A DNA stretch of 63,850 bases, filler included, from Octopus bimaculoides (GCF_001194135.2; 6 parts of 6 records of this genome joined end to end with filler, not necessarily neighbours in it); one strand, 5' to 3'; shown: positions 10,216 through 23,873, numbered from the whole stretch's first letter. Made by a program: numbers and translations. Notes: a model not told the origin generated them from the letters alone.

Positions 10216-12527
10216 ACTTCCACTTATTATTGACAAAGCAACATAGCTTTGCATGTATATAATTTTTCAATGCTGTTGAACAAGTTTTAAAAGTTTTAAA
10301 TCATCTTAATTTTATTACACGTAGGAATTTATCAACATACTTTTCCAATCTCTACATGTCCACCGTCTATGAGAAATTTTAATCTAGGATAACCCGGTGT
10401 CTAGACGCGCTTTGTCCTAGATACGGTGACGGCGGTGTTCCATTGATGACGAACTATAGACGGATATACAGAATATATATAAAACATATTGTTAGCATGG
10501 ACACACCTTCCTTGTTAGTACCAGTACAAATAAAAAAGAAAAATAACATTTGAAACTTTAAAGAGTTCGATACAAAATTACGTTGAAATTGTGAGTTAGG
10601 TAAATGTTAGAACACTATATCTTTCTCTCTCTCCCCCTCCCCCTCTCTCTCTCTCTCTCTCTCTCACTCTCTTTCTCTCTATCTATCTACCTAACTTTTC
10701 CTTCAAGTGTCTCGAACTAAAACAACAATGAACATTATTCTTCTTTGAGAAGAAAACAAAATGATTGAAAACAGTTTCAATACTTGTATAGAAGATAAAT
10801 TGTTTTTTTATATAGCTTGTGTTGTTATTATTGTTCTTCTTGTTGTCACTGTAGTTGTTATTGCTGTTGTAGTAACTGTTAAACATCTTTATAAATAGGA
10901 AATTGCTTCATATATGGAAATGTAAATTGTTCTGTACTTTTTTGTTACTTATATACTTTTCTTTTGTGTTTTCTTTATCTCTTAAATGCATCTTTTGGTT
11001 CTTCGTTTCTTTGTTTATGTCCGACAATTCGATATTACGGAGTTCGGGTTAAAAATCTACATATTGCCCCCACACCCACTACTCTTGCTATCTCCTCCGA
11101 CCCTTTTAATCAGAGAATTGCTGCAATTCCTTTATTGTATATATGTCCTCTTGTTTGTTTACTCTTTTTTGTTTCTTTGGCTTGATTTGAACATTTTTTC
11201 CGCTTAAAAAATGTGTACACACACATACACACGTGTGTGTGTATTTATGAGTGTGTGTGTATGTACTTTTATACATACATACATGCATACATACATACGT
11301 ACATACATGTATCAGCACATATGCAGACATAGATCTATATGCATACATACATACATACAATACAAAACAGAGAGTATCTATCGTTTCATTTCTTTTTTCT
11401 CTTTTTTCGCTTTCATTTTGTTTTGCTTACGTCCTGTCCGGGTCTTAAGAGTTCACTCCCCTATACATGTCCCAAAAAATTTACAAATAGATTAAATAGA
11501 TACCACAAAATTGAAATATTCTAATCGATTTTCAAAGCAAATCAACAAACGTTACGATTAATCTCTAATTTTAGTTTTCAATTTTTTATTTCATTTTCTT
11601 TTTTATCTTGTAATTCTGTTAGTGTATTTTTGTTTTTGCAGTTTTGTGTTTCTTTAGCTTCTTTTTATTTTTTTTCCTTGTTTTGTTTTGTTTTGGGGAT
11701 TTTTGTTTTTCATTTTTTTAACAATTTTTTTCTTTCATATTGTATAGAATTTAGGTAAATTATAGGAAACAAAAACTTTTATCGTTGACTTGTTAAGCGA
11801 CTTCAATTAATGTGAGATTTATCTGAGACTATTGTTGTATTCTTTTTATCTTCTGTTGGCGGCAAAGTTTGCAATGATTGATGGTAGGAGATTAATATTT
11901 CACACAGTAAATGGCGAAACTGAGACTAACAACATAGGAGAGAAGATGGCAAACAATACAAAACAATAATGACGGTTTTATTACAATGGGACAAGAATTA
12001 AAGAAAAAGAGAGATAGCGGTGAGAGCTAATGGGAATCGGTTGTGTTAATGCTTTTCCAAAGGCCATTATTGTGCGTGGAGCAATTTCTATTGGTTGGGT
12101 GTAATTACTTAGCTCTATATCTGGCTTCTAAATCATTTCCAGGGACACTAACTCAGATTATTACGGCAATTTTCAACTTCCTTTTGTGTTCTTTCTCGTT
12201 TAAGAGAACGCCAGACCTATAACGGTGATGAGTTGGTGGAAAACAATGGCGGGCTGAATTTACATAGCATGCATATTTACTCACATATGCGTACGTTACG
12301 AGTTCTAATCTTCACGGATTTGGATATACCTTTCCTGCTTCATTAAATTTGTCCAGCTAAAACACTAAATTCACCGTTATAATACCATTTTTCATGGATA
12401 TTACAATGCGTTTACTGATATTTGAAATCAATTTTCGGTTTATAGAATTGTCGTAGAATGGGTGTTGTTTCCCTGGTTTTCTTTCAGATTTTATTTCAAA
12501 ATATATATTTAACTTTTCTTTGCGGTG

Positions 12528-12632
12528 AAGGCATAGCTTATGTTTAAAAAGACTCGCTTAGCAACCACGTGGTTTCGGGCTCAGTTCCATTGCGCATGTG
12601 CCTTCTGCTATAATCCCGGGCTGGTCAATTCT
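12528..12632 (+). mobile_element. SINE family C, 5' part, diverged
   Basis: GCAACCACGTGGTTTCGGGCTCAGTTCCATTGCG...TGCCTTCTGCTATAATCCCGGGCTG aligns to the reverse complement of 54606-54775. Confidence 0.7.
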
Positions 12633-15600
12633 TTGAAAGTATTATTGGTTGACGAAAATGCTATTATGTTAAATTACCGTATGTCCAAATTTGGCGAAAT
12701 GCGTTTTTTAAATATTTATTTTTGCTTGCAATAGCTGGTTCTTTTGGTCAGACTATCGTATCTTCAGCTGCTTCAGACGCCAAGATATCAAAAACTATCA
12801 AAGTGTAGTTCAACAGTTTTGCTATCGAATGGTGAGAGTATTTTTCGTTTTCTGAAAAAGCAACGTTTTGGACTTACCACTCTTTTGCATAAGAGCAACG
12901 ATATATATATATATATATATTTATATNNNNNNNNNNNNNNNNNNNNNNNNNNNNNNNNNNNNNNNNNNNNNNNNNNNNNNNNNNNNNNNNNNNNNNNNNN
13001 NNNNNNNNNNNNNNNNNNNNNNNNNNNNNNNNNNNNNNNNNNNNNNNNNNNNNNNNNNNNNNNNNNNNNNNNNNNNNNNNNNNNNNNNNNNNNNNNNNNN
13101 NNNNNNNNNNNNNNNNNNNNNNNNNNNNNNNNNNNNNNNNNNNNNNNNNNNNNNNNNNNNNNNNNNNNNNNNNNNNNNNNNNNNNNNNNNNNNNNNNNNN
13201 NNNNNNNNNNNNNNNNNNNNNNNNNNNNNNNNNNNNNNNNNNNNNNNNNNNNNNNNNNNNNNNNNNNNNNNNNNNNNNNNNNNNNNNNNNNNNNNNNNNN
13301 NNNNNNNNNNNNNNNNNNNNNNNNNNNNNNNNNNNNNNNNNNNNNNNNNNNNNNNNNNNNNNNNNNNNNNNNNNNNNNNNNNNNNNNNNNNNNNNNNNNN
13401 NNNNNNNNNNNNNNNNNNNNNNNNNNNNNNNNNNNNNNNNNNNNNNNNNNNNNNNNNNNNNNNNNNNNNNNNNNNNNNNNNNNNNNNNNNNNNNNNNNNN
13501 NNNNNNNNNNNNNNNNNNNNNNNNNNNNNNNNNNNNNNNNNNNNNNNNNNNNNNNNNNNNNNNNNNNNNNNNNNNNNNNNNNNNNTATATATATATATAT
13601 ATATAAAGTCTTGGATCTATATATACATCCGAGATTGTAAGGAATGGAACAGGTAAAACACGGACTACGTTTCAAAGCTAAAACAATATTTGTTACATAA
13701 GCTGTAACACGTGTGGAACCAGTTAAGCTTAGGTACTCTTCAGGTCCTATTGTCTATATAAGTTATTTACATTGTCGCGTGGAGATGAAGAAATGAATTA
13801 TGAAACTAGCCATGAAATGAATGGCGAGTTAAAAACAGAAAAAAAAGAAGAAAAGAAACAAATCAACATCAAATGAGCAATGAAAGTAGGAATGAATGTT
13901 AGTGGGTTGGTCGCCCTAAAAGGGACCGAGATGGGTGCATTTATATAAGCCATTAACTAAAAGGAGAAGGCTGCAAAGTAAAGAGGTAGGGAGGACTAGC
14001 AATAAAATTCCTTTAGTGTATTCCAATAATTCATCGAAGTTAGCTGTCTGGAATTTTTACTCTATCAGTCTCTTGCCATCTCCATGACGCCTAAATGTAA
14101 TGATAGGTTTGGTGGTGGGAGGGTAGCGTTAAGCCAATGTGTTAGATCTAACGCTAGTGATACTTGTTACAAAATCTTCACTGCACAAAAATTTAATCCG
14201 TCTTTCCGGTCTTCCCAATCAATGTGAAGCTGTTATCTAAGCAAGCAATCATCACGTGAAGATTCTTCATTTAATCGTTTTGTTGGCTTACTACACATGA
14301 TGAAGTATGTATCTGTACATACATACATACATACATACATACATACATACATACATACATACAAACATACAGACAGACAGACAGACAGACAGATAGACAG
14401 ACAAAGAGTGTATATAGATCGTTCCGTGTGTGCATGCTTGCATACGTAACTTTGATCGCTTTTACTTAGGATTTTCAATATCTCCTCATAAAGTCCTTCA
14501 TGTATGGTATGGAACAGTAAACTTCCTACAGTCATTAGTCTCACATTTTGAGATTTTCACGATCTGAATTTCAATACATAGACAAATGTTAATGGCGTGT
14601 GTCCGCGAGTTTTTCAGTAATTGTTAATGGGTTTCGGGAATAATTTTACAGCTGATAAGATCATCAACGCCGGACTTAACGCTGAAAACATGGACAAAGC
14701 ACCATTAAAACACTTAATTTTGAAAATTAGCCTATGAAAGACAGGAAACGTCAGATTAATAGATTTATGACAATTATTGTTCCTAATCAAGCGGAAAGAA
14801 CTAATAAACATCAAAAATTGTAAAATATATCAAACTAGAACATAGTCGTGTTTTTAACATAAAATTATTGAGATAAATGTAGTTCCATAATCACACATAT
14901 GCACACGCAAATGCATGTATACACGTACATATATATACATATGCATACACACGCACGCACACGCACGCACACATACACACATATATGCGCGTCTTCTACA
15001 CGGTTGCTGCTTACCTATTAAATTCACTCACACGGCATAGGTCAACATGGGGATAATAATAGAAGAGACACTAACGCAAGGTTTTATCTGCTATGTATAA
15101 TTTATAGGTTAACATTTTTCATCCATTTCTGTTTTATAGATATGTAAAGCATTTGACACAAAAACGCATGAATTTTTAGTTTCTAAAATAAGTTTAGTCA
15201 CTAGTTTTGACATGAACTTGTATTGCAAATTCAACTGATTTTGGCATTCATGCCAAAGTTGGTTGAATTTTTATGTATTTGTGCAGTAAGAGATTCTTGG
15301 AAATAGCTGACACATAAATACACAAGATTTTTAGTTCCTGAAACAAAGAAAAATACAATTTTGACTAATACTTTTGACGAAGTCTTCTATTGCAGATAAG
15401 ACTACTTTTGTCATTTTATTTTATAGATATAAAAATCCTGGATTCGTGGAAATATTCATGAAACACAAAAGTGCACACGTTCTTAGTATCTAAAGCACGA
15501 AAGTAATCTGGATAGGCATTTTAGCTGCTTCAACGTATTTCAATTTTCAGTTGAAGGAAATTATATAAAAAAAGAAAAAAACAATAAACTTAAGCTGTAT

Positions 15601-15798
15601 ATATTGCATTAAAGCTATGATCATTGACATTTACAGCTAACTTAATCCGCACTGGGTGGGTTGCAGAGATTTTCATAAGAATAGAAAAGGTAAGATTCTA
15701 TTGTTGTGATTGTATTGATTCTGTTTTCGTCTTCAAAAGCTTTGCATGGTATTTACTCAGCAGTCCAACGGCGGTTTTTCCCTCTCTTTCTGTCTCTG

Positions 15799-15858
<60 letters not shown>

Positions 15859-16020
15859 AGTCTCTATCACTTTCTCTCTTTATCTCTCTCTCTCTCCCCC
15901 TCTCTCTCACACATACATTCAGTCTTTCTTTTATAATGAACTCAAACTCGGTGAAGTTTAGAATTCTTGTATACAATGAACTTATATGACGTTATTAAAA
16001 TAAGCGTCGCGCGCGCGCGC

Positions 16021-16130
16021 GTGTGTATGGGTGTGTGTGTGCCTGTGTGTGTGCCTGTGTGTGTGTGCCTGTGTGTGTGCCTGTGTGTGTGCCTGTGTGT
16101 GTGCCTGTGTGTGTGCTTGTGTGTGTGTGT
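16021..16130. repeat. (GT)n-derived 12-bp tandem repeat GTGTGTGTGCCT
   Basis: About 7 units read directly. Confidence 0.9.
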
Positions 16131-16794
16131 CTCCCCCTCTCTCTCGTCCTCTCCTCTTTCTCAATCTCTATAGATGTGCATGTGTGTGTGTGAGTGTGTA
16201 CATATATACGGGTGAGTGTGTATACTTAAGCAGGTATATGTATACACATAATCACACAGAAACGCACAAACACTGATATACACACACCCGCATATACCCA
16301 TGTGGATTTAGCAAAATGGTGGGGTAGAATGAGTAATATTTACTGTATTTTTGAATTTCAGAAATAAAAAAAAATTTTTGCAAATGTTTACTACCTTGCA
16401 TAAACTACATCATCTAAGCAAATGACCTTCTTTGAATACATTAAGAACACTGTAACATATACAAAATTCTACTTCAGAAAATATCACCGTTCTCTTTGAG
16501 CGAATAAAAAGACTAATTTGGACGGGGCAAAATGAGAAAGACAAAATTAGGTAAATTTGTCTCTTCAATTCTCCATAATTACATTTAAAAAAAGACACAT
16601 GCATATCATCAGAAAGATCAGAAATGCAACAAACATTTAAAACATCTAGGACAACTGAAAGGGCATCATGAGAAAATGACTTATGATATGAATTCAACAA
16701 AACATGACAATATGAAGCAATTTCAGTAGCTTCTTCACGATTAGATGAAGTGGATCTCTCGCCGACACACAAACACGCGCGCGCACGTGTGTGC

Positions 16795-16839
<45 letters not shown>

Positions 16840-17519
16840 TGTGTATAAATTTAGGTTAGTTAAAATCTGTTTGTGACATATTTGAACTAATAAAGACAAA
16901 TTCACTGTAATTGCCGTGGAGAAAAAACATCGTCTCTTCTGGTAAAAGTTGTAAAAATACCATATCCGCCCAGGGTTGTCTTCTGTCTGACTCCCAGACA
17001 CAGCGTTTCTGGCTCTTTAACTTAATAGGAAATACCAAAGAGACGTAACTCTGTGCAGATTTAAAGCCGTATCTATAGGTAAAAGTCAGTCAACAACATT
17101 GATTGAGTTGCGCTATTAGACCGCCCGGTCAGAAAAAAATCAACAGTATCAGGCGCCAAACAGTGATTAGGCATAAGGGAACTTTAGCTGAGTTACAGTC
17201 TGTTTGTGACCACGGTAACTGTAGCGAATTTGCCTTTCGAAGTTGAAATATGTCACAAACAGCTGATTACACGTATCGGTTTAGCAAACGATTTAGGTGG
17301 TAACCCAAGGCGGTGCTCGTCAGAGGGATTAGTATGGGAAGTATGGCGACGGTTTGGATTATCACCTAACTCGTGTGCGAAATCGATTGGCAAAATCAGC
17401 TGAAATAGATCTATATTAGTGTGTAGTATATATATAAATATTAGCCACTACCCACTCTATTGACAAATATATGAACGCCTGGTTATTCTGAGATATTAGT
17501 TCCTAGATGACCATATATG

Positions 17520-17535
17520 TGTAGATAGATAGATT

Positions 17536-17616
<81 letters not shown>

Positions 17617-17633
17617 ATAGATAGGCAGGTAGG

Positions 17634-17664
<31 letters not shown>

Positions 17665-17665
17665 G

Positions 17666-17740
<75 letters not shown>

Positions 17741-17770
17741 AGGGGCAGACGGATAGACAGACAGACAGGT
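17520..17770. repeat. (GATA)n microsatellite
   Basis: About 250 bp of GATA units with a few GGTA/GACA variants. Confidence 0.97.
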
Positions 17771-18379
17771 AGATCGATAGTAAGCATATAGACTTATACA
17801 TACTTGTACATGCGGTGAATAAGAGGACGACGAGAAAAATAACAGATGGCAAGAGAAGGTTGTTTGAGGAGATGTCACAAATCGATGATGAGGACAAAGA
17901 GGCGGAGGTGGTGGAAGGGTCAGAAGGGAAAGAAGAAGAAGAAAATAAAGAAGGGAGGAGGAGTAAGAGAAAGAATGAAGAACAACCAAAATATTCAAGT
18001 AACCTTTCAGTGAATGTTCCTGTACTGCTGCATTGTTGCACACCATTGCACTATCGAACACTAATGCAGTGATGTGTTATAGAGACCACAGTGCAATATT
18101 GTTGTTTTTCATTATTGAGTTACTGAATAGAGACGCAATAACTGCCTTACAGTTACAGTGATGCTGTATTTTGTTAGAAACACTTCTAGTTTATACCAGA
18201 GCGCAGTATTGGTGTAAATCTTTGGAATATTGCATAGTGACACAGTAATAGGTATATAATAATAGTGATGTTGAGGCAGTAATGAAGTAACACTGATGTA
18301 GTATATTATTATAAATACTTCTGGTTTATAGCAAAGTGCTGTATTGCCGTATATCGTTATTTCATTATTGGATATGCTT

Positions 18380-18620
18380 TGGCATCCATTTGGAGGGAGG
18401 TCTTAGTTGTCCATCTCACTGTAACAGTGTTGTCTGTGCATGAACAGTCTGATGCACGAACTTGCGAGGCCGAACATCATGAAGCTAACATTCCACCATC
18501 TCAGTTCCAGTGTTCTTGTCCCTCTGAGTCGACGCTGGAACGTCCTCTCCGTTGTGTTGTCCGGTTCTACCTCTCCCGTACTCCCGTATAGGGTGACTGA
18601 TAGATTCAAGCCTGGTCAGT
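18380..18620 (-). pseudogene. Decayed RTE-group LINE fragment (RT C-terminal region)
   Basis: LSVTLYGS...QRRLRGTRTLELRWWNVS resembles RTE SVLLYGSE...RRLDGTYTRLLR..LNVSW. An RTE 5'UTR-like motif (GGATTTTCCTT...) lies at about 18870-18930. Confidence 0.45.
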
Positions 18621-19293
18621 ATGGTATGGAATACAGCTTATTGCACATGTAGCATGCCCCTACCACCACCACCACCACCACCAATACATTACTCATGGAT
18701 CCAAAGGAATAGTACGGGTGTTATAATTCGGAATCGGTCATGTCGCAGATGTTAACAGAACGAAGTTGTAGACAACGTCAAACTGAGTCAGAGGTTCCGA
18801 CTCCTTATTTTTCTTCGGACTTTACTCCCGATGTCTTCCCCGTGGTTAAATATGGTCACAAGAGAGCAGAGTTTTGAAACAGGATTTTCCTTAGATTTGT
18901 TGCACCCCAGGATAACGAACTCCATCTGACCGACTAACTTGCTAATTAACACATAGCTCGAACTCCGACAGGGTAAACTTCGGATAAATTAGTAGCCCTG
19001 AAGTAGTCCCACACTCCTCAAAACCTTGGACCTCCCGAATGAGGCGTGTGGAACTATTGAACAGTGTTGTAGTAATGCGTTAAAAACACTACTTGATTAT
19101 TCCATGATGCGGCATCATGTTGTATCATTACACATTTCAGCAATAATGCAGTAACGTGTTATCAACACAACTGTCATACGCCACACTGCAGTATCTTTGT
19201 ATACTTCTGCACTATCGATTTCTAACTTAATCAAATGGATTGGAAAATCGGGGTGAGGGGAACAGTGAAGCATATTAATATCAGAATATCACG

Positions 19294-19507
19294 AGGGCGA
19301 CGACCCAGCAGAATTATTTGCACGCCGGAAAAAATGCCGAGAGGCAGTTCGTTTGTATTTACGTTCTGAGTTCAAATTCCACCAAACACGACTTTGCCTT
19401 TCAGCCATTCAGGGATCAATAAACTAAGTACCAACTGAATACTGTGGTCGATATAATTGACTCATCCTCTTCCATGAAATTGCTGATCTTGTGCCAACAT
19501 TTGAAGT
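19294..19507 (+). mobile_element. SINE family A, full length, diverged
   Basis: TTACGTTCTGAGTTCAAATTCC (B box), GACTTTGCCTTTCAGCCATTCAGGGATCAATAAACTAAGTACCA, CTTGTGCCAACATTTGAA. Confidence 0.85.
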
Positions 19508-19530
19508 CAGTATCAGTATTTCACTGATAG

Positions 19531-19672
19531 TTTTATTTATTCACTCCAGAATGATGGAAGATGAAAAATAACGTTGGCCTTATTTGAACTCAGAATGTAC
19601 AGAACTGTAACTAATCGCCGCAATACATATTTGTCAACCACCCCGCTCTAACGACTCCGCCAACTCACCTCC
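19531..19672 (-). mobile_element. SINE family A, strongly diverged
   Basis: TTTGAACTCAGAATGTAC and AACGACTCCGCCAACTCACC match the reverse-complement head of family A. Confidence 0.6.
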
Positions 19673-20000
19673 AAGAACATTACCAGCAGCGGACACCATT
19701 GAAATATTAGACACAGTGATTGTAATGACTTTCATACAATTAATCGTTAATGTAATCATGTATTATTGCAGTTATTTACCGTCACATTAATATACTTGGA
19801 TGAAACAGTTGTAACCTCCCACTTACACATATATAGCCATGAGCTAACAGTAACGGAGGGTCTCCGAAGTCGACCAGACTGTAAGAAATAGCAACTGAAT
19901 CTTTCCTATCTAACATCATTTTGCCTAAACAAGGACAGTGCATATTTGATAGGTCTAGATATATCCTGTGGCGACTCGATGAGGTAGCGAAAATGCTGCT

Positions 20001-20290
20001 TTGGAAACTGAAAACTTGGGGGTAGAGAAAGGCAAGACGTGGTATGAGCACAAACCACAGAGAGTGGTTGAGTCAGAAACCTGCAAAATCCTGTGGAATT
20101 TCCAAATCCAAACAGACCAGGTGCTTGAGCACAACCAGCCAGATGTAGTGGTGGTGAACAAGGTGAAGTACATGTTCTATATAAATGTTGTTGCGTGTCC
20201 TTCGACCCACGTATGGTTAAGAAGGAAGGTGAAAATGGACATACAAAATCCTCTTAAATACGCGATAGCTCGACTGCTGCTGAGCATTTG
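20001..20290 (+). pseudogene. R4/Dong-clade non-LTR retrotransposon, restriction-like endonuclease region
   Basis: WYEHKPQRVVESETCKILWNFQIQTDQVLEHNQPDVVVVNK...VACP matches the WYEH.P..V.EN...KILWDF.IQTD..I..R.PDIVV pattern of R4/Dong ORFs. Confidence 0.8.
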
Positions 20291-20297
20291 CCAGGCC

Positions 20298-20335
20298 TAA
20301 ATATAATAATAATGATAATAATAATAATAATAATG

Positions 20336-20400
<65 letters not shown>

Positions 20401-20412
20401 AAGAAGATAATA
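20298..20412. repeat. (TAA)n-(GAA)n-(TAA)n microsatellite
   Basis: Direct reading. It lies between the R4/Dong fragment and a SINE 3' end. Confidence 0.95.
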
Positions 20413-20414
20413 AT

Positions 20415-20631
20415 AATCCTTTCTTCTGGAAGCACAAGGCCTCAGATTTGGGGAAAGGGATTAAGTCGATTACATCGACCCCAGTGCATAACTGGTACTA
20501 ATTTTATCGACCCAGAAAGGATGAAAGGCAAAGTCGACCTCGTCGGAATTTGAACTCAGAACGTAACGGCAGACGAAATACCGCTAAACATTTCGCACAG
20601 CGCGCTAACGATTCTGCCATCTCGCCGCCTT
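20415..20631 (-). mobile_element. SINE family A, full length, relatively well conserved
   Basis: AGCACAAGGCC...GTCGATTACATCGACCCCAGT...AAAGGATGAAAGGCAAAGTCGACCTCGTCGGAATTTGAACTCAGAACG...TCGCCGCCTT, with a (TTA)n tail on the sense strand. Confidence 0.92.
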
Positions 20632-20639
20632 CATATATA

Positions 20640-20676
<37 letters not shown>

Positions 20677-20678
<2 letters not shown>

Positions 20679-20888
20679 CCTTTCTGCTATAAGCACAAGG
20701 CCGGGAATTTGAGGGAAGAGGGATAGTCGATCACATCGACCCTAGTACTTGACTGCTACTTGATTTATCGACTCCGGAAGTAAGAAAGTCAGTCGAGCTC
20801 GGCGGAGTTTGAACTCAGAGCGTAAAGACAGGGGAAATATCACTAAGCATTTCACCCGGCGCTAACGTTTCTGCCCGCTCGCCGCCTT
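20677..20888 (-). mobile_element. SINE family A, full length, tandem with the previous copy
   Basis: Same motifs. Its tail is the (TAA)n run at 20637-20677. Confidence 0.9.
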
Positions 20889-22024
20889 TGCAGCTCAATA
20901 ATAATAAAAAAAAATTTAATGGCATGACAACGAACAAACCTGTAGATATCGCTTGACACTTCATAAATAACTGTCCAAAGACAACTTGGACGGAACCCAT
21001 GAGACTCATATGTCTGCTGAAACAGACTTTACTAAGACTAATCTGCAACAATAATTACAAGACAACCAACAATAACTACAACAACATTTTCATAACTGTC
21101 TGTTTTAACATCACTACATTGCAAGACTTAACTGTTGTAAATATGCATTCAATTGAGAGGTCAGCTACTCTATTGATATACGACATATGTCAGAGGTCAC
21201 TTTCAAAATACAAAACAGAGATATGTAAAACAGTATAGTGATGATGGCTTCACGGAGCCATATTATTTCATGTTGATAGAGTAGATTAATTCGGTACAGC
21301 TGTTACTTCTGTCGTTGTTTAACATAGGTGAGCTCTGATGAAAGTAGATCATAATATTCATGAGGACTCGGAGAGGGGCAGAGACAGTGTTTGACTGCCT
21401 ATATATTTTACCAAACAATAGTGTGTGACTGGGGGATATTTGGCTGCTATTTCTTGCAGTTGGAACGGTCATACACAGGTTGCTTTGCTGGTTAGATTAG
21501 ATCTTAACACACAAGATTTGCTATTGTTGTTATCTCGTTTTGTGGGGGGGGGGGGTTCCTGCAGTTTAGTCCCATATCATTCGTGATCAAACTTATCTAG
21601 GATTAAAGAGCCAGTTTGCAATCCTCTATTTTTCAAACACTGTATATCTGATACCATATTGTCCAAACAGTTTTCTTTTACCTTTATTCAGGCATTAGTG
21701 AGTAATTTGACGGTGGATTGGCTGCTATTTCTCACACATCGAACGACGTCTTAGAGATTCACTTATTGGCTTGTCAACACCAAATCCTTTATTCTTTTAT
21801 TCTTGTTTTCTTTTACTGATTTCACGCAAAATGGCCTGTGGTTTTATTTGATTTTATCGCCGCCAGTACTCATTTGAGTAAGGTTCTTATTTTATCGATC
21901 TTTATTCGCCAAACTGTTCGGTTACAGTACACAAAGGAATATAACAAAAGAACTATATTATTAAACCGGTTTAAGCATAACCAGACACAAACGTATAAGT
22001 TTACATACACACATACACGCCTGC

Positions 22025-22063
<39 letters not shown>

Positions 22064-22067
<4 letters not shown>

Positions 22068-22522
22068 TGGTTTATGTTCGATTCCACAGGTAGACTAGAT
22101 CTTTGAGAGTGGAGTTTTGTACACATAAATTTGAAATTGTTCACACACACACGCACCCATAAACGAACATATATATGTGTGTATATGTATGTATGTAATA
22201 TATATAAGTGTGTGTGTGTACGTATGTCTGAAATATATATATAGTTATATATATACATATGCATCAACATATATATGTAAATGTATATATATGTATATAT
22301 ATGTTGATGCATATGTATATATATAACTATATATATATTACAGACATACGTACACACACACGCACACACACTTATATATATTACAGACATACATATACAC
22401 ACATATATATGATCGTTTTGGGGTACATGTGTGTGTGTGTGCAAAAAATTTCAAATTTTATGTGTACAAAACTCCACCCTCAAAGTTCTAGTCTACCTGT
22501 GGAATCGAACATAAACCACTTA
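22064..22522. repeat. 459-bp imperfect palindrome (fold-back element)
   Basis: The outer ~75 bp of each arm are reverse complements with 2 mismatches and 1 indel. The inner microsatellite-like arms are also mirrored about a centre near 22290. Confidence 0.92.
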
Positions 22523-23364
22523 GTTACAAAAGGAACCTCTTTAACCACAAGGACAACCCCGGTTATATTTGGACCTACACGTGAAAGAACGTAACTGAGT
22601 ATCGTTATACATATTAGTTTCGCTATTCAGAGGTCGTTAGCAGTAATTCGAGTGAAGGGTTTCAATGTTCGTTATACATAAACCTTACAGAAATATATAT
22701 CACATTCCTTGAAAGAGTCGACTTTCAGGAAAAACTGACACAATCTGCGTACGTCATCATTATTGTATAGCAACCGACATTGCCGAAGGAGTAGAAGAAA
22801 TGGTGTACTTCTACTTAACAATGTTTTCTATACAACTCAAAACCTTATTTCATTCGATTTTTATTCATTCTTACCGATTGTTCTTCAAAAGCAGGAATCT
22901 GACATCGAGGTAAATAGTACGTGAAAATTCATGGCAAAGGCTGGAGAAATTTCACTAGCGAATCACTTAGCAATTCTGAAGCTCTCGGACCAATTCAATA
23001 CAATTCATCGTTTCAAAATACTGCTCGGAAACTATAGAACATGGAGAAGTCACGTAAGTGACAATGCCCAAGCTGAAAGTTCATATGTAGCTAAATAGAC
23101 TGTGTATGATGCAAAACAGAATGAGAAGTAAATGCTAATCGATAAACAAAATCGTTGTAAGTTGCAGAGAGATATTTTTGTGAAGTAAACCACCACCACC
23201 ACCACCACCACTACACTTGCTGCATGAATGGCTTGCTTGAAATTCGAACATTTCAAAGCTACAGGTGAAATAGTAACAATGTAGAATAGAAGCTAGTTTT
23301 GCAGGTCGTTTATTGAAATACCTACTCCAACTGGAGAACAGATTTGTAATATCAAAAATAATAC

Positions 23365-23366
<2 letters not shown>

Positions 23367-23425
<59 letters not shown>

Positions 23426-23780
23426 TAATTCGTTTTATTGGCCACAAGTGCTAATATCAATTAAAAACATGTAAGGACAAAGACAGGACGAAGATTACAA
23501 AAGGTTTTGTCCGAATAACGAACGGTATGCCGAACGAAACCTTGAGTCATTTATTAGTACGGCCAGCCTGATGACGAATTATTTCTCAAGTGATCCGCTC
23601 TTCGGAAAGGACGATCCATGCCTGCTCTAAGGCAAGCAAAGATGGGACAGGATCTTTGAGCCTTTCAGGTCGCCAAGATTTCTATTAGGAAAGTGGTAAG
23701 ATATTCTCACGCCGGAGACCTGTTCCAGATGATCGGGTCAGAATAGACTTCGCTAAAGGATCCCAAGAGTCAAGTTAAAC
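23367..23780 (-). mobile_element. Probable 3' end of an unassigned retroposon
   Basis: The minus strand ends ...ACTTGTGGCCAATAAAACGAATT, followed by a long (TTA)n run. No confident protein motif. Confidence 0.4.
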
Positions 23781-23873
23781 TGTACAACTGGTTCCTGTGT
23801 CCCCCACCGATAAAAATAGAGATAGGCCCTTAAAATATACTTTCACACAATTCCTGCTATCATGTTTCATTTA

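Noticed and set aside
13940-14140. Minus-strand TATATAAA with a CCAAT about 185 bp upstream as a host promoter
   Set aside because: No properly spaced initiator or downstream exon. Such motifs are expected by chance in AT-rich DNA.
17270-17330. Minus-strand CTGACGA GCA...TGC TAAAC hammerhead-like
   Set aside because: GAAA is changed to TAAA, there is no stem I, and the sequence fits a decayed family D repeat (AAGGCGGTGCTC).
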